Shown: positions 11,021 through 25,855, numbered from the stretch's first letter. The stretch is 55,266 nt of DNA from Paraspadella gotoi (GCA_051294375.1 CM119270.1:576721-631986); one strand, 5' to 3'. The notes: generated by a model from the letters alone, not told the origin. A program made the numbers and translations.

Positions 11021-13236
11021 TCTCTCTCTCTCTCTCTCGTACAATAAAGTGTTTAAAAATTTAGTTTTTAAGCAAACTAATTTTCTATCTCAGTTAGAAT
11101 AAGAATAATTACTAATTAGTAATGTACTAATTACTAACAATAAAATACTTTTTAAGTAACGAAAATTAAAGTTGATTTACTTTGCAAAGTTTACTGAAAA
11201 CGGAAGTAAAATTTGTAAATAATTTTAAAGTTCTCACAATATATCTTTTTTTAAAATTTTTACTTTCTCATGTCAACCTTTTTAAAATGAGTAATGACAA
11301 ACGGGACAGAGAGACAAAAAAGGGGCTTTTTTAAAAGGGTTCGGCGTCTTTCTCGCGATCCATTCAACAATTGTTAACGCATTTTTAGACGTTCCGCTCA
11401 TTTTTAGACTCCGCGTATTAATTGCCCAATGCCCATTTCTTCCGTCAGTGACCCACTTTGAAAACTGGACTGACTTTTCTTTCTCCTTCAACGATTTCAG
11501 TTTTTTGAATTTTTTGTTTCTCGTTAAAAAAAAGTTTTTCTTCTCTTTTGACGCCAAAAAACCGGAAAAGTAACCGTTGACGCGAGAGCAACTGCGGCGC
11601 CTGGAAAGATAAGGTGGAAGCAAGGTAGGATTTCGGAGGAAGAGAGAGAGAGAAGAGAGAGACAAAGAGAGAGCAGAGAAGAGAGAGACGAGAGCAGAGA
11701 GAGATGAGATGACGAAGAGAGAGAGAGCAGACATACGTCTGGACGATTGGAGTTAGGTTTCTTCACTTGCGCGTTCAATCATCGCAAAGGCGTTAAAGAA
11801 CTTTGAAGATGAGAACATGGGAAAGAGAGAGGAGCGAGGATGTGAGGAGGAGAGAGAGTAGAGACGAGAGAGAGAGACCGACGGCAAGCAGGAGACGAGA
11901 TCGATGAATGAAGAAGAGAGAGAGAGAGTAGAAGAAAACGAAAAAAAGTCGTGACACATTTTCTTCTTAAGTTCGGACTTATGTGATTTTATTGTACTTA
12001 AATCGGATATCTGTTCCACTCGATCCCTGTGAACATTTCCAGCGGTGAATAATAGGGAGGTGGCTCGGAGGCAGTGAGATACTGAAGGATTGGGGTCTTA
12101 GAAGAGCCGAGGAGAGAAGAAGAGGAGAGAGAGCAAAAGAGGCGAAGGAAAATAAGAATTCCAAGGTCACGAACATAAATCTCCGGTCGGTGGGGGGTGA
12201 GTCATTATTAAAGTGACGTCGGGTGTGGAGGGATGTATGGGTGGGGTAAAGAAGTCGAGCGGCGTAGGGGCGGTCGGTGGACCGGGGTCTTATTGGAACG
12301 AGATCAGTGCGTGATTTGTGAGTGTCTTGTTTTTCTTTCTCTCCTTTCTTTCTTTTTTTCCTTGCGGTCCGTCGGGGGAATCTCAGTCTATAAAATCTGT
12401 TTCATATTTCATAATTAAGTCGGTGGAAAGAGATAGTTTTCTCTCTTCTTTTATGGGTTGTGTGTTGAAGGAAGGAGGAGAGTGGGACAGAGAGGTGAGG
12501 AGAAGGAGAAGAGAAGTAAACGGGGAGGAGAAAGGAGGAGAGGGGAGCGGCGAAAGAAAGGAGGGGAGGAGAGGAGGGGAAGAGAGGAGGAAAGAAGAAA
12601 GAAGAGGAGGACGGGAATGGAGGAGGGTGGAAGAGAAAGGTAGAAAGGAAGGAAAGAGCGGGAAAGGAAGGAAGAAAGGAAGAGAAGGAGGGGAAGTGGT
12701 GTCAAGGTAAGGCAATCCCTAGGAAGGAAGAAGGAGGACTAAGCGAAGCGGATAGCGAAGGAGAAGGAAGGGAGAGAAGAGGGAGGAAGAAGGAACTAGA
12801 TGAAGAGCTATACCGGAACGTGAGCAAGGAACGAACGACGAACTCGATGGCCGCACACGAACGAACGAACGAACGAACGTACAACGACAACGAAACGCGA
12901 ACGATAGACACAACGAACCAACGAGCATATACAAATGCACGAACGACGAAACGACAACGATACGATATACGAACACGAATAATATAAAACCGTATCAATA
13001 ACGACTTGGCGAACTAACCAGTGCGACGAAGATTCATCAGAAACGCCAAAAGAAAAAAAAAAATAAAGAAAAAAAAACAGAAAAAAATTGGATGTCGTCC
13101 ACTCGATCAAAGCCATTCGACTGGCAACATCCCTTTATAAATCTTTTTTACAACGATAGATATGGAGACTGTGAGAGGGCTGTGTGCTCTGTGCTGTGTA
13201 AGAAGAGAGAAGGGACGGATAAACGAGGAGGAGAGT

Positions 13237-13285
<49 letters not shown>

Positions 13286-13606
13286 AGGGGCTGAGAGAAG
13301 AGAGGATTCTTATATTTAATCATTCAATGTTTTACTAAAGTTATTTAACGATTTTTTAAGCCGCATTTCGCGTTCCACATCGACTGCATCGCCAGTCAGC
13401 CATCTGCCCACGAGGCATCCGTCGATCAGGCGCGCGCGACCATCAGGCGATCGCCTGGAAAGAAGTTTTCTCTCTCTTCTTTTGTTCGACGGAAAACGAC
13501 AGCGTGAATTTTTCTGCTTCGCTTTCTCTTTATTCTGCTAAACCTGTAGACGCTCTCTCTCTCTCCTCTCTCTTCTCTCTCTCTCTCCTTCTCTTCTCTC
13601 ATATCT

Positions 13607-13676
<70 letters not shown>

Positions 13677-14039
13677 GGAGCCGAGGTCAAAACTGCTCTC
13701 TTTCACGAGGTGAGGTTAATTCCCGGGAGACTCACCAGTTTTTTTTCCATTGTGAAAGGATCCGCCTTTTTCTTCGCTGTCCCGCCCCCCCCCCCATTAT
13801 TACCTCACCCAGTTTCTCGCCCTTTTCTTCGCTTTTCATTCCTCACCCGCTAGAACTTACCCTCCCTAAACCTTTCGACTGAGAAGAGAGAGAGAGGAGC
13901 CAGAACAAGAAGAGAGAGCAGAGATGTAGAGGAAGAAAGGGGACAAACCCTGGTGGGTTGCCCTATTATTTTTCCTTTCCTTATCCAATCTTACCTTGTA
14001 GGGTTGGCTTAAAAATCTGCTCTGGGTATCGCTTTTTTT

Positions 14040-14315
14040 ATTTTGTAGTTTTGTAGTTTTGTAGTTTGTAGTTTGTGTTTTATTTTGAGCTTTTATAGTT
14101 TTTTAGTTTTGTTTTTTAGTTTTGTAGTTTTTGTAGTTTTTGTAAGTTCAGTTTGTAGTTTTGTAGCTTTTTTAGTTTTAGTTTTTTAGTTTTTTAGTTT
14201 TTAGTGTTACTTTTTTAGTTTTTATTAGTTTTTAGTTTTTTAGTTTTGTTTTTATTTTTTAGTTTTTAGTTTTTAGTTTTTTAGTTTTTTTAGTTTTTTT
14301 TAGTTTTTTAGTTTT
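14040..14315. repeat. Degenerate (TTTTAG/TTTGTAG)n simple repeat
   Basis: Visible directly in the sequence. Confidence 0.9.
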
Positions 14316-16550
14316 CCCATTAAATCCTGAATTTAAATTGATATGAATGCAGTGTTAAATTTAAAAATTTAAAGGACGCATCATGCCAGAATTACGTTTT
14401 CCATTAAACCCTTAGAGTGATGACCTTATAAACTTAAAATAAACGGTAATAATTTTTAAAAAATTTAAATTTAGTGACGCATCATGTCAGGATTCATTTT
14501 CCCATTAAATCCTTAAGAGTGAGTGTCTCGATTAACTTTTTTTTTCACGTGAAGATAAAAATGGCGCGACACGGTGTTGAAGTTCATCGGAAAAATATGT
14601 GGAACATTGTATTATAAGAATTAAAAGAATTTAAAAAAATATAAGATTTTAAATTTATTAAAATTTTTTTGTTAATAATACATAAAATAGGTTTCAGAGG
14701 TTTTCTGCTATTTTAAAGTAGGTTTTTAAATGCTAAATTTTAATAAAGAATTAAGAAAAAACAGTGGTTAAATGTAAAGGCAAGGGAAGGTAGGAATATA
14801 TCTTTGTTGAACATTGCCAAGTTTAACTTACTTTTTCTTCGTCCCTGTCTCTCTAACTCAATATTTACAGAGAAAAAACTATCAAAAAATAAACGCTGAT
14901 AAAGAAACGCAAAAATAAGAGTAAAAAAATATCCGATGTACCAATACTAAATAATTAGTTGTTTTTAGCCATTAAAACTGTTTTTCCTTAAATTCAAATT
15001 ATATAACAAAAAAAGAGATTTACACAATGTCTAAAAAAATATTAACTATAAATAGAGTAAACCTTAAAATAATAAAATTTATTATAAAATATAAACATAA
15101 TTTATTTATTATTCATAAAATAACTTTTAATATTTTTAAAAAATATAACGATAATTGTTTTATAAAAAAACTAAAGCTTAATATTATCTTAAAACACCAA
15201 ACATAAGGCAAGTTTTTCCGACCTTCTCAGCAAAGGTGTGATAAGGATGATCTAAGTATCTCATCGATTAGAATTCATCAAAAGAAAAGGAGGCTTTTAA
15301 ATTCCGGGCAGGGTCGTCGTCGTCGTCGTCGTCGTCGTTAACGAAGTCCTCCTCTCGTTTGCGGCGTCGTTATCCTAAATCCATCACGAAATTGAATCCG
15401 GTCAATTTGATTCAAGTCTGTCAGTCTATCCGTCTGTCCGTCTCTGTTGTTGTTTGTATGCGTTCTGCTTGATTGTGGCNNNNNNNNNNNNNNNNNNNNN
15501 NNNNNNNNNNNNNNNNNNNNNNNNNNNNNNNNNNNNNNNNNNNNNNNNNNNNNNNNNNNNNNNNNNNNNNNNNNNNNNNNNNNNNNNNNNNNNNNNNNNN
15601 NNNNNNNNNNNNNNNNNNNNNNNNNNNNNNNNNNNNNNNNNNNNNNNNNNNNNNNNNNNNNNNNNNNNNNNNNNNNNNNNNNNNNNNNNNNNNNNNNNNN
15701 NNNNNNNNNNNNNNNNNNNNNNNNNNNNNNNNNNNNNNNNNNNNNNNNNNNNNNNNNNNNNNNNNNNNNNNNNNNNNNNNNNNNNNNNNNNNNNNNNNNN
15801 NNNNNNNNNNNNNNNNNNNNNNNNNNNNNNNNNNNNNNNNNNNNNNNNNNNNNNNNNNNNNNNNNNNNNNNNNNNNNNNNNNNNNNNNNNNNNNNNNNNN
15901 NNNNNNNNNNNNNNNNNNNNNNNNNNNNNNNNNNNNNNNNNNNNNNNNNNNNNNNNNNNNNNNNNNNNNNNNNNNNNNNNNNNNNNNNNNNNNNNNNNNN
16001 NNNNNNNNNNNNNNNNNNNNNNNNNNNNNNNNNNNNNNNNNNNNNNNNNNNNNNNNNNNNNNNNNNNNNNNNNNNNNNNNNNNNNNNNNNNNNNNNNNNN
16101 NNNNNNNNNNNNNNNNNNNNNNNNNNNNNNNNNNNNNNNNNNNNNNNNNNNNNNNNNNNNNNNNNNNNNNNNNNNNNNNNNNNNNNNNNNNNNNNNNNNN
16201 NNNNNNNNNNNNNNNNNNNNNNNNNNNNNNNNNNNNNNNNNNNNNNNNNNNNNNNNNNNNNNNNNNNNNNNNNNNNNNNNNNNNNNNNNNNNNNNNNNNN
16301 NNNNNNNNNNNNNNNNNNNNNNNNNATGGATGGATGGATGGATGGAGGGATGATGGATGTTTGGGTGAATAGATGGAGGAAGAAATAAATTAATGAATGA
16401 TTGAATGAATGAATGATGAATTAATTAATTAATGAAGACATGTACTAAGCAAATGATATATTTTGATAGAAGGATCAATGGATCAATGGATCAATTAATA
16501 TTGAATATAGTAATTGTAAATAAATGTTTTTAATTTTAATTTTTTGTTTC

Positions 16551-16614
16551 ATGATAATGATGATGATGATGATGATGTTGATGATGATGATGTTGATGAT
16601 GATGATATTGATAT

Positions 16615-16685
<71 letters not shown>
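16551..16685. repeat. (GAT)n microsatellite
   Basis: Visible directly; source of the poly-Met and poly-Ile ORFs. Confidence 0.95.
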
Positions 16686-16760
16686 GATTCGAACCCGCGG
16701 GATTCCACTTCTAAAAAAAATGGCGAAGAAGACGTAGTTGTTGTTGTTAAGCGGTGATTT

Positions 16761-16945
16761 TTAAAAGATGGTCGGAGGTGGCGTCACGGCGGGTGTGACA
16801 GAGGGCGTTGCAGCGGGTGTAACAGCAGGGGTGACAGAGGACGTGACAGCGGGCGTGACAGCGGACGGGAGAAGGGTTTGTCGAGTCGGACGAAAGAAAA
16901 TGACGAACGAGTTTTCCTCTTTTTCTTCAATTTCGCCTCGAGTTA
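16761..16945 (-). CDS. Candidate exon encoding a mucin-like (PAVT)n repeat
   Basis: A 12-bp repeat whose variation falls mostly on synonymous positions: PSAVTPAVTSSVTPAVTPAATPSVTPAVTPPPT. Strand and boundaries are uncertain because the plus-strand GVTA frame shares the wobble positions. Confidence 0.4.
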
Positions 16946-17162
16946 AAAAATTTCAGTTTTTAGAGAAAAAAAAATTTGGTTTTCGGAAGAGAGAAAGATT
17001 TTCTTTCATAATTAGTTAATAACTATATACAATAATAAAAAGTAAAAAGTAATACTTATGATCGATTAGGCGACTGATTTTTTTTTTTTTTTATAATGTG
17101 ATATATGATTGTATTACTAAACTTTTTTCATCGGCTTGAGTGATGCAGCGTGCTTTTCCGAA

Positions 17163-17202
<40 letters not shown>

Positions 17203-17325
17203 CCTCTCTCCCTCCCTCCACCATTTTTTCCCTTTCCTGTCATTTGTCATATTATTTACTCTTCCTACAAACGACGCTCGGTGTAACCTTTGCGATTTCT
17301 CATGCAAGAAACAGCAGGGAAACTT

Positions 17326-17360
<35 letters not shown>

Positions 17361-20300
17361 CTCTTTCTTTCTTTCTTTCCTTTTCTTTCTCCCTTTTTCT
17401 TTCTGAAAATATGAATTCCTCCCTGTATGCTAATTAGAGACCTTTCTCTCTCTCTCTCTCTCTCTCTCTCNNNNNNNNNNNNNNNNNNNNNNNNNGCTCC
17501 GGTCGGTCGTCCGGGGTGCGGTCGGGTCGGGTGTCGTGCGTTCCGTGTCGTCGGCTCGATTATTGCGAAGGAAAAGAAAAAAAATACAAAACCATCACGG
17601 AATGAATTCACCGACTTTGGGAACCGGACGGATTTTCGTTCTTGGGTATTAGCGCTATGAGAGAGAGAGAGGACAGAGAGGAAGAGAGAGAGAGGAGAGG
17701 ACGAGGAGAGAGAGAGGAGAGACAGAGGAGAGAGAGAGAGAGAGAACGAGGAGAGAGAGACAGAGTGTAAGCGAAACACTTTGCGGTGTGCTCGTGTAGC
17801 CGCCTCCTTTGGCTTCTCCCCCGGGGCCGTTCGGGCGCCCGGCCTAACGGAGGACCGGGGGATGCCGTCCTGCCTCGCACGGTCCGCGCCGCCTGACGCC
17901 CCTCGCGAAAGAGGGGCGTGGTCCGCGTCTGGCGGCGGCGTTGCACCGTGCGCCGGGGCAAACGTCGCTCGGCCGGGATGGGGTATCGGCGAGGATTGGT
18001 CGGTCACCAAGGTGTGGTGCGAGAGGTGGGGACCACCGAGTCCGGTCAGCACGAGTCTTATGAAGCGGGGTGAAAAGTCCTGGGACACCGAACGCGTCCA
18101 AAGGTCTCGGGGAAGTGGTGGTCTCGGCCCCAGCGGGGCTCTCATGGGCGCGAAGACTTCCTGTCCCTGTGAACGGTATCAAAAGGTGACTATGGTGAGT
18201 GAAGGCGTCTAAGCCCTTCGTAAAAGGCAGTTTGTGACGGGCGGAAAAGTCCTAAGAATTACTAATGGCCTAGAATATCTGGTGTAAGAAAAAGGAAGGC
18301 AGGGAGGTTAATCTCCTAAAGGAAGAGGAAAAAAAGACATCTATCGGCAGAAAGAACGGTGATAACAAAAGGCAAAAAATATATGGAAAAGGGGGACATA
18401 TCTCTACCACCCCACGCTCCAGCCATCCATTTCAGAAGGCGGTGGAATAACTCCAGAAACCCATCTTCTGATCTGGAGAGGGGCAGTAATAAAAGGTATG
18501 AGGCCCAGAGGAAGAGAAAAAGATCAAAGAAAAGAGGAAGAGAAGGATCAAGAATAGATGGAGAGAAGAGGAATAAGATCAGGGACAAAGAAAAATAAAT
18601 AAACGTGTCGAAAATAAAATGAAAAAAAAAAAGCAAGAAGGGGAAAAGGGAAGAAAATGTTTTTAATTATTGTACCTTATGCCTGGTCAGAAACACCGCT
18701 TTTTCTTTTAATTTAATGTGATTGAATGCTTTCTAACGTTGTGAATGTTCACAATTCAAAGTAAATAAATTAGTTATATGTTTTCGCAATGAAAAGTTAG
18801 CACAAATGGAATTTAACACATGTCACGAGAATCGGTCCGAAATAAAATTTTCTTTTGAGCGTGGCGGCGTCGGAATTTTCCTTAACAGAACGATGCAGTT
18901 GTAGCAAATAAAAAAAATGGTAAAATCGAACGTTTGTGTGATCTGAGCAAAGAACCAAACGGTCGATGGATACGACAAGGCTAATAGGATAAAAGCGAAA
19001 GGAATAAAACTTTAAAAAGCGAGTCTATATGTGATAGCGTCATGATAATGATGTGCGGGTTTTTTGACTGCGAATGTTCGCGACCAGAATCAGGCTTCAT
19101 GATTAGTTTTCTGACGAGGCGGCCAGGAGGCCGGCGTACTGGCCGGGCGCCGTAGAGTCGGCGGGGGCGCGGACTTAGCGGGCCTCGTCTCCTCAGAGAT
19201 CGTTGGGTTGGTTCTCATCTTTTTGTGAAAATGGTGTATCGCCCGCGGAATGATCTTCGGGCGGGCATCAAGGGGAGGAAGGAGCCTGAGCAAGGGGTTT
19301 CGGGTGACTAAAGAAAGGATTTTGTCGTTGGCTTGGGCGCCAGAGGGTTGTCGACAAAGCTGTTTGGCGCATGTTGTTTGAGACTTGGCAACATTTTTTG
19401 CACTGATTTTTTCGTTTTACGGGAAGTCGCAAAACCGATAATCTTTCACTATCTTTTTGGCCATCGACTGTACTAAACGAAAGTCGTCGAGTAAGTCAAC
19501 GAATGAATATTTAAATGTACATTGGTTAAATCTTGCAACAAACTCGCGGTTATGCGTGCACAATCCACGGTTCATCACCGGCATTTCCCATTCTCTGGGT
19601 CCCGATCAAAAAGTCGCAGCCCGGAACATTGTTATTGATGGCTACCGGCTGGTCTGCGCGAACCCTTGTCGAACTCTCCATCAATGCCAAGTGTAGGCGG
19701 TAAGTTTGCCGGGAGGAGGCACGGCCACTCCTTGTCAAGGGAGGTGTGGGGAACGTTACGCGGGCCGCTCGAGATGAGGCTTGTCGACACACATCCGTGC
19801 ATTCGCAGCCGGGGGAGATCGTCCTCGGATTGTAAGCAAATGTCCCACAATCGCTTTCCTGATAGGAAAGAAGAAAAAGTTCGGCCATTAAGTGGTTCAA
19901 TATTGAAAATGCAGCAAACTTCCTATGTTTATCAATAACATCCACTATCTAAAGTTCGAATTCTCATTTTTACATCATTGGCAATTATACTTAGATGCGT
20001 TGGCAATGTTTTCTTTGCAAATACGCAGCGATTACAGGCCGCTATCATATCATTGGGGCACTAAAGTTTTCGGTGGCGTTGCGTCCGGTTCATCTCGACG
20101 ACGACTGGCACGACAGGACGAAAGGTCGCCTCGCCAAGGAGCGGGAAGCGCAACGTGGCTTAGTGCACTGTTGATTGTTCGCCGCTTGTGGAGTGGGCAT
20201 CGCTCGCTGGGTGTCGGCTGGCGTGTGCCGGAGCCAAGCGGGGAACCGTCGTCGTTGGTTCTCGTTTGATCTGAATGCAGGCCAGTCCTTCGCTGCCGCC

Positions 20301-20900
20301 GTCGCCGGCAGGCTTCGCCCGTCCCATGGGGTGCCTGAAGGGGCGTGGGAAAGGAGAAAAAACAAGCATAGGGGGAGGAGGGAGTGGATTGAAAAAAGGT
20401 GTGTAGCATGGGGCGGGAGGCAAGGAGTTTTGAACATAGACCCAGTTTGTGGCTGATATTGTTGCGCACTGATTAACCGGCAATCTTGTCGGGGCAGAAC
20501 CGGCGCCGAGGCGCCGTGCAAGGGTCATCGGGGATAGATGATTTCCCCTGCACTGATTACATGGTACACTAGATCTAATCATCTAATTGCTAAATGGTTA
20601 AGGAGTTAAACATTTAAAACATAATGCGGTCGGGCGCTGCCGCTAAGGGGTTCGGCCTCTGCGCGTGGGACGAACGAGTGCCTGGGATAGGCCCTGTACC
20701 CACTCCAGATTGCATATGGCCTTGGGTGCGCCCAGCAAAAGTAGGCGAATTGCGGGGTTTGATGGGGCGGGTCGGCGTCGAGGTATAGCATCGGAACTCC
20801 TGGCGTATTCGTCCACCGCTCGTGATCTGGGGAGCAGATTGGTAGGCCGCCGCCACTGTTGGATGGCGGCGGCTGCAACCGGCTGAATGGCCGGGATAAG

Positions 20901-20934
<34 letters not shown>

Positions 20935-21501
20935 ACGACAAACGAATTTTGCATAAAAAGATAATTCGTTACATTTTTTTTACTTCCGTTACTTCGAATC
21001 GATTATCGTCCTGCGTGAAGCATGGCGAAGGACATGGCATGGCATGGAACATGTAACAGGGATTGAGCTGGCCGTTGAGTCACAGAATGGTACAGTTTGC
21101 ATTCTGGACGTGGACCGGCTATCATCGGTTTTTATTTGAGCGGCGTTGACATGGATGCGACATGGCGTTCCATGCCATGCCCAATTAATTCATCGTCAGT
21201 CGTTTCGTTGAAACTGGAATTTAAATAATTAAAATATTCGTGTCATTTAACGAATGAAATATAACAATGGAATTGGACAAGTTAATATTAAAATTAAACG
21301 AAGTAAATAATATTTAAATCCATGAGGAAATGGATTATAGAGTAAATAAAGAAATAAATGAATTAATAAATGAACGAATGAATGAATTCATAAATGAATA
21401 AAGAAAAGAAAATAGAGCAAAAAATGAAGAGGTGAAAATGTCTCAGGAGAAAAAAGTGAGAAAAGCGAATTTTAAAATCGTTGATCCTTTCGCCGCCAGA
21501 T

Positions 21502-21620
<119 letters not shown>

Positions 21621-22743
21621 TCACGCTCTAAATATCTCTCCTTTCCGTGCGCTTCCTCACACTTAAAATAATAACAAAACTCAGGCAAATAAAAAAATAT
21701 AAATTATAATTATCTAAAGTCTGCGGTAGATAAATTAAAAACAACCTACCAATGTTTAACTAAATTTAAATATTGTCGAAAATAATCTTTCTTTCTTTCC
21801 CTATCTCTCACTCTACTTCTTTCTCTCTCTCTCTCTCTCTCTCTAATCACACCGAACGGAGTTACATCGCACAAGCACAGTGAAAATGAAATTTTGGTTC
21901 TCGCTAGATCTTTTTTTTGAGTCACAACAACAAATATCACATCACATCAACCAACAAACGATCACAACTAAACGTCAAAAAACAAACAAAACAATGAATA
22001 ATTCTACCAGAAATCTCACTTACGGGCGTAGGTTAAGCGCCAAACAACGGCTTTTCCAAGTCGTCCGCAGCGCCGCAGCCGCAGCCGCGCAAGCCGCAGC
22101 GGCGGCTCGATTGCCGATTGCATATTTTGACTTTACTTTGGAATCCGCCGATTGTTCTGCGTCGTCGTCGTCACGTCCGTCGTCGCGTTCGAGTCCTTAC
22201 TTATCTTCGTTTCCTCCGCGTCATTTCCTGTCCACGTGGCGACTTTTTTTTCGCGTGGGGAAACGAAAAGAAGGAGTGAGAGAGAGAGAGAGATAAGAAG
22301 AAGAGAGAGAGAGAGAGTAGAGAGAGNNNNNNNNNNNNNNNNNNNNNNNNNATTTCTGTCCACGTGGCGACCTTTTTTTTCGGCGGGAAATAAGAGAGGA
22401 AGAAAATCTGAGAGAGAGAGAGAGGAGAGAGAGAGGAGAGATGAGAGATGAGAGAAGAGAGAGAGAGGAGAGAGAGAGAGAGGAGAGAGAGAGAGATATT
22501 TATTTTTCGATCAAATTTAGTTTAAAATATTCGGTAGGCTTGTTTTTATACTTTTATCTAACCCGCAAGGACTTTAGATAATTATACATTTATATATTTT
22601 TTTTTATTTGCCCTGAAGTTTTTTATTTTAATTATTTTAAAGTGTGGGGAGGAACGCGGCGGGAAAGGAGAATAATTTAGAGCAGTGAGTTGCGGGAGAC
22701 GAGAGGAGACGATGAGACAATGAGGAGAGAGAGAGAGGAGGAG

Positions 22744-22776
<33 letters not shown>

Positions 22777-23199
22777 ATGATATTCTCACTTTCACAAGGG
22801 AACGATTACTTTAGGTCAAACAACGAAAAAAAATTCAATTTTAGAAAGCAGAATAACGTCATTAAGAAGATACTTGGCGACACCCGGCAGACGGAAACCT
22901 CCTTCATTCCCTCTATCATCGCTTCTTCTCTCTCTCTCTTCCTCCTTCTCTCTCCTCTCTCTCTCTCCCTGCCTCTCTTCTTCTTCCAATCCTCATTCTC
23001 CTCTCTCTCTGCTCAACGCTCGTTTCTCTCTCTTCCTCTCTCTTTTCTTCCTCTCTACTCTCCTCTCTTCCGCTAGTTAAAAGGCCTCGTTAGAGAGATA
23101 TCAGGAAGAGATTTAAAAAGAAGGACTTTTTTTAAACACAGTCCATCATGTGATTATAAAGGCCGACTCCGTGTTTCTGAGACGAAGGCATGATGAGCG

Positions 23200-25823
23200 A
23201 AGGAGAGAGTGTTGAGGAGAGAGAGTGAATCCGAAGAGAGAGAGAGAGAGAGACACATCATGCGGCAGACAAGGAAAATCCAACTCGATTTTAAAAATTC
23301 GCTTTTCTCAAATTTTTTGCTCTGAGACATTTTCACCTAGTTCCTTTCATTTTTATTGCTCTATTTTCTTTATCTTTAAATTCATTTTCAATGAATCTCA
23401 TTCATTCGTCATTTATTAATTCGATGTATTTCATTTATATTAACTCGTATATATCGCACAATTTCCTCACATGGATCTTTCCTAAATCTTATTATGTTAC
23501 TTCGTTTTTATTTTACCATCATTAAACTTGACGAATTCCAAATTGGCTTTCTACAAAGTATATATTTCATCTCGCGATATTTAAATGCACGAATATGTTT
23601 AAATTATTTAAAATTCCAAGTTTCAGACGCCGAACAACGACTGAACGCATGAGCATTAATTAATTGGGCAATGGCATTGGAACGCCCATGTCGCCTTCCA
23701 GTTGGTTACGATGATAAGCGGTCTAGAATGGCAAAAACCTGTATACCAAAATTCATGAAGACACAACTACAAACGGAACCCAGAAACTGGCCAAAATCTA
23801 ACATGATTGTTACAAATAATCGGTTCCACGACGCGTCACTCATCTTCGCCATGCGTCTCACTGCAGGCACATAAGGGATCACATACGTAAGAAAAGTAAA
23901 CGGAAAAAAGTAAAAAAAAAAAAAATGTAAGTAAAAACGAATATAATATTGCGTTCATATATATGCACCCAACATATCCGTGTCGTCGTCTCTGCGCTCG
24001 GGTGGAAAACGCACGTCATTTTCGAGTAACAGCGTCGGAGCACGTCACGTAAAGACTGTTAATAAAAAACCCGGTCGGGGGGGGGGTCCTTTCGGGTTTT
24101 TCAGTAATTCACCTGTCTGCGAGTCGTCGTCGGCCCACCATTGGCGATTAGCAAAACGGAAAGAAAAAAAAAACAAAACAAATCATTGATCATCGAGGTT
24201 TGGTATGGAATTCACGACTTTGAAAACGAAACGAATTCGTTCTGGTCTAATTTACATGAAGAGCGAGAGAGAGACAGAGAGAGAGAGAGAGAGACGAGGA
24301 GAGAGAGAGAGAGAGTAGAGGAAGAGAGATTGAGAGAGGACAGAGAGAAGAGGGAGAACGAGAGAGGAGCAGATGAATAGTTAAGGAAAAGAACGAAGCA
24401 GAATATACTGATGTTTTTGAGCGAAGGCAGACATCGAAGCGAGGAAAGCAATCGGAGAGAGACGAGACAGAGAGAAGAGAGAGACAGAGGAGAAGAGAGT
24501 ATGATGCCCAGATAGAGACTGCAGAGACTATTGAGAGATTAGATTTTATGTCTGACGAGCTTGATCTCGCACTATGAGTGCAAGAGATAAGGTCTTCTAA
24601 TTTATGGCACTCACCTTAATGGAGGTTAATTCATATTTTCAGAAAGAAAAAGGGAGCACAGGAAAAGGAAAGAAAGAAGAAAGAGAGAAAGAAAGAAAGA
24701 AAAGAAAAGAAAAAATTAAGAAAGAAAGAAAGAGAAGAAAGAAGAAAGTATTCCTCTCTTGCGTGAGAAATCGCAAAAGAGTTACACCCGAGCCCTTTTC
24801 CGTTTTGTTAGAGAAGTAGTTAATAATATGGAACAAATGACAGGAGAAAGGGAAAAAGAAATGGTGAGGAGGCGATAGAAGAAGAGAAGGCCCCGAAAAG
24901 AAGAAATGAAAGATTCGAAGCTGACCGAAGGAAATGCGGTAGAAGAGGAGCTCCTTCATAATAAGTAGTAAAAACGTTAAAATACACCGACAAACGACTT
25001 TTTCTCTGTAAAAAAAATATTGAAAACTTTTATAAAAATAACAGAAAACGAATTTTCAAATGTAAAAAAGAAAATAAAAAACTTTTAAAAAAAAAGAAAC
25101 GTTTTCTTTCCAATATAAAAAGATTAAAAACACCGCAATTAAACGTACTTCCTTTCTAAAAGTAAATAAATAATATAAAAGGTTAAAACCACCAACGACA
25201 TTCCAAAATATAACACAACCCTTTAAAAACAAAAAAAACGTCCTTCTTCCAATGTAAAAAGAGAATAAAAAAACTCTAAAACACCGGGAGGAAAACCATA
25301 TTTTTTCAAAATGAAATAAAAACGTTAAAATACTTCTGCAAATGAACATCCATCGAGTTTTAAAAACACGATTTAAACTAACAAATTAAATAATAAATAT
25401 AAATGGGTCCCAAACAAAAAATGTCCTCTATGTTTACTTTAAGTCCAGATATTCCCCTTCTCGCTCTCTTCTCATTAACTTTTAAGATGGTAGCTTTCAT
25501 CTCACTCCAATGATCAAAAACGTAAATTACCACCCCAGGCAAAGAACGGAGCCCTTTTTCTCTGTAAAAACAGACTATTTAAAACTTTTAAAAATAACAG
25601 AAAACGATTCATTTTCCAATGTAACCTACCAAAGCAACCATTAAAAAACTTTAAAAAAAAAGTCAAACCGTCTTTTGGTTTTGTCCAATGGAAAAAGAAG
25701 TAAAAATCACACCCGATAAACGATATTCCTATAAATGCAGAAAAAAGCAGTATAAAACCCACGTCGAATCTTCAAATACAACCAAGCTTCAACGACAACG
25801 CGAGGAAACGAAAATGAAGTAAG

Positions 25824-25855
<32 letters not shown>

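Noticed and set aside
14040-14315. Telomeric repeat
   Set aside because: Irregular T(n)AG units, not TTAGGG or TTAGG.
15447-16388. Long ORFs here and at ~27500-28450, 30121-30975 and 38617-39303
   Set aside because: They are open only because they run through N gaps.
18065-18145. RNase MRP RNA (CR-I and CR-V-like words)
   Set aside because: The motifs are only ~55 nt apart, far closer than in known MRP RNAs, and lie in unreliable sequence.
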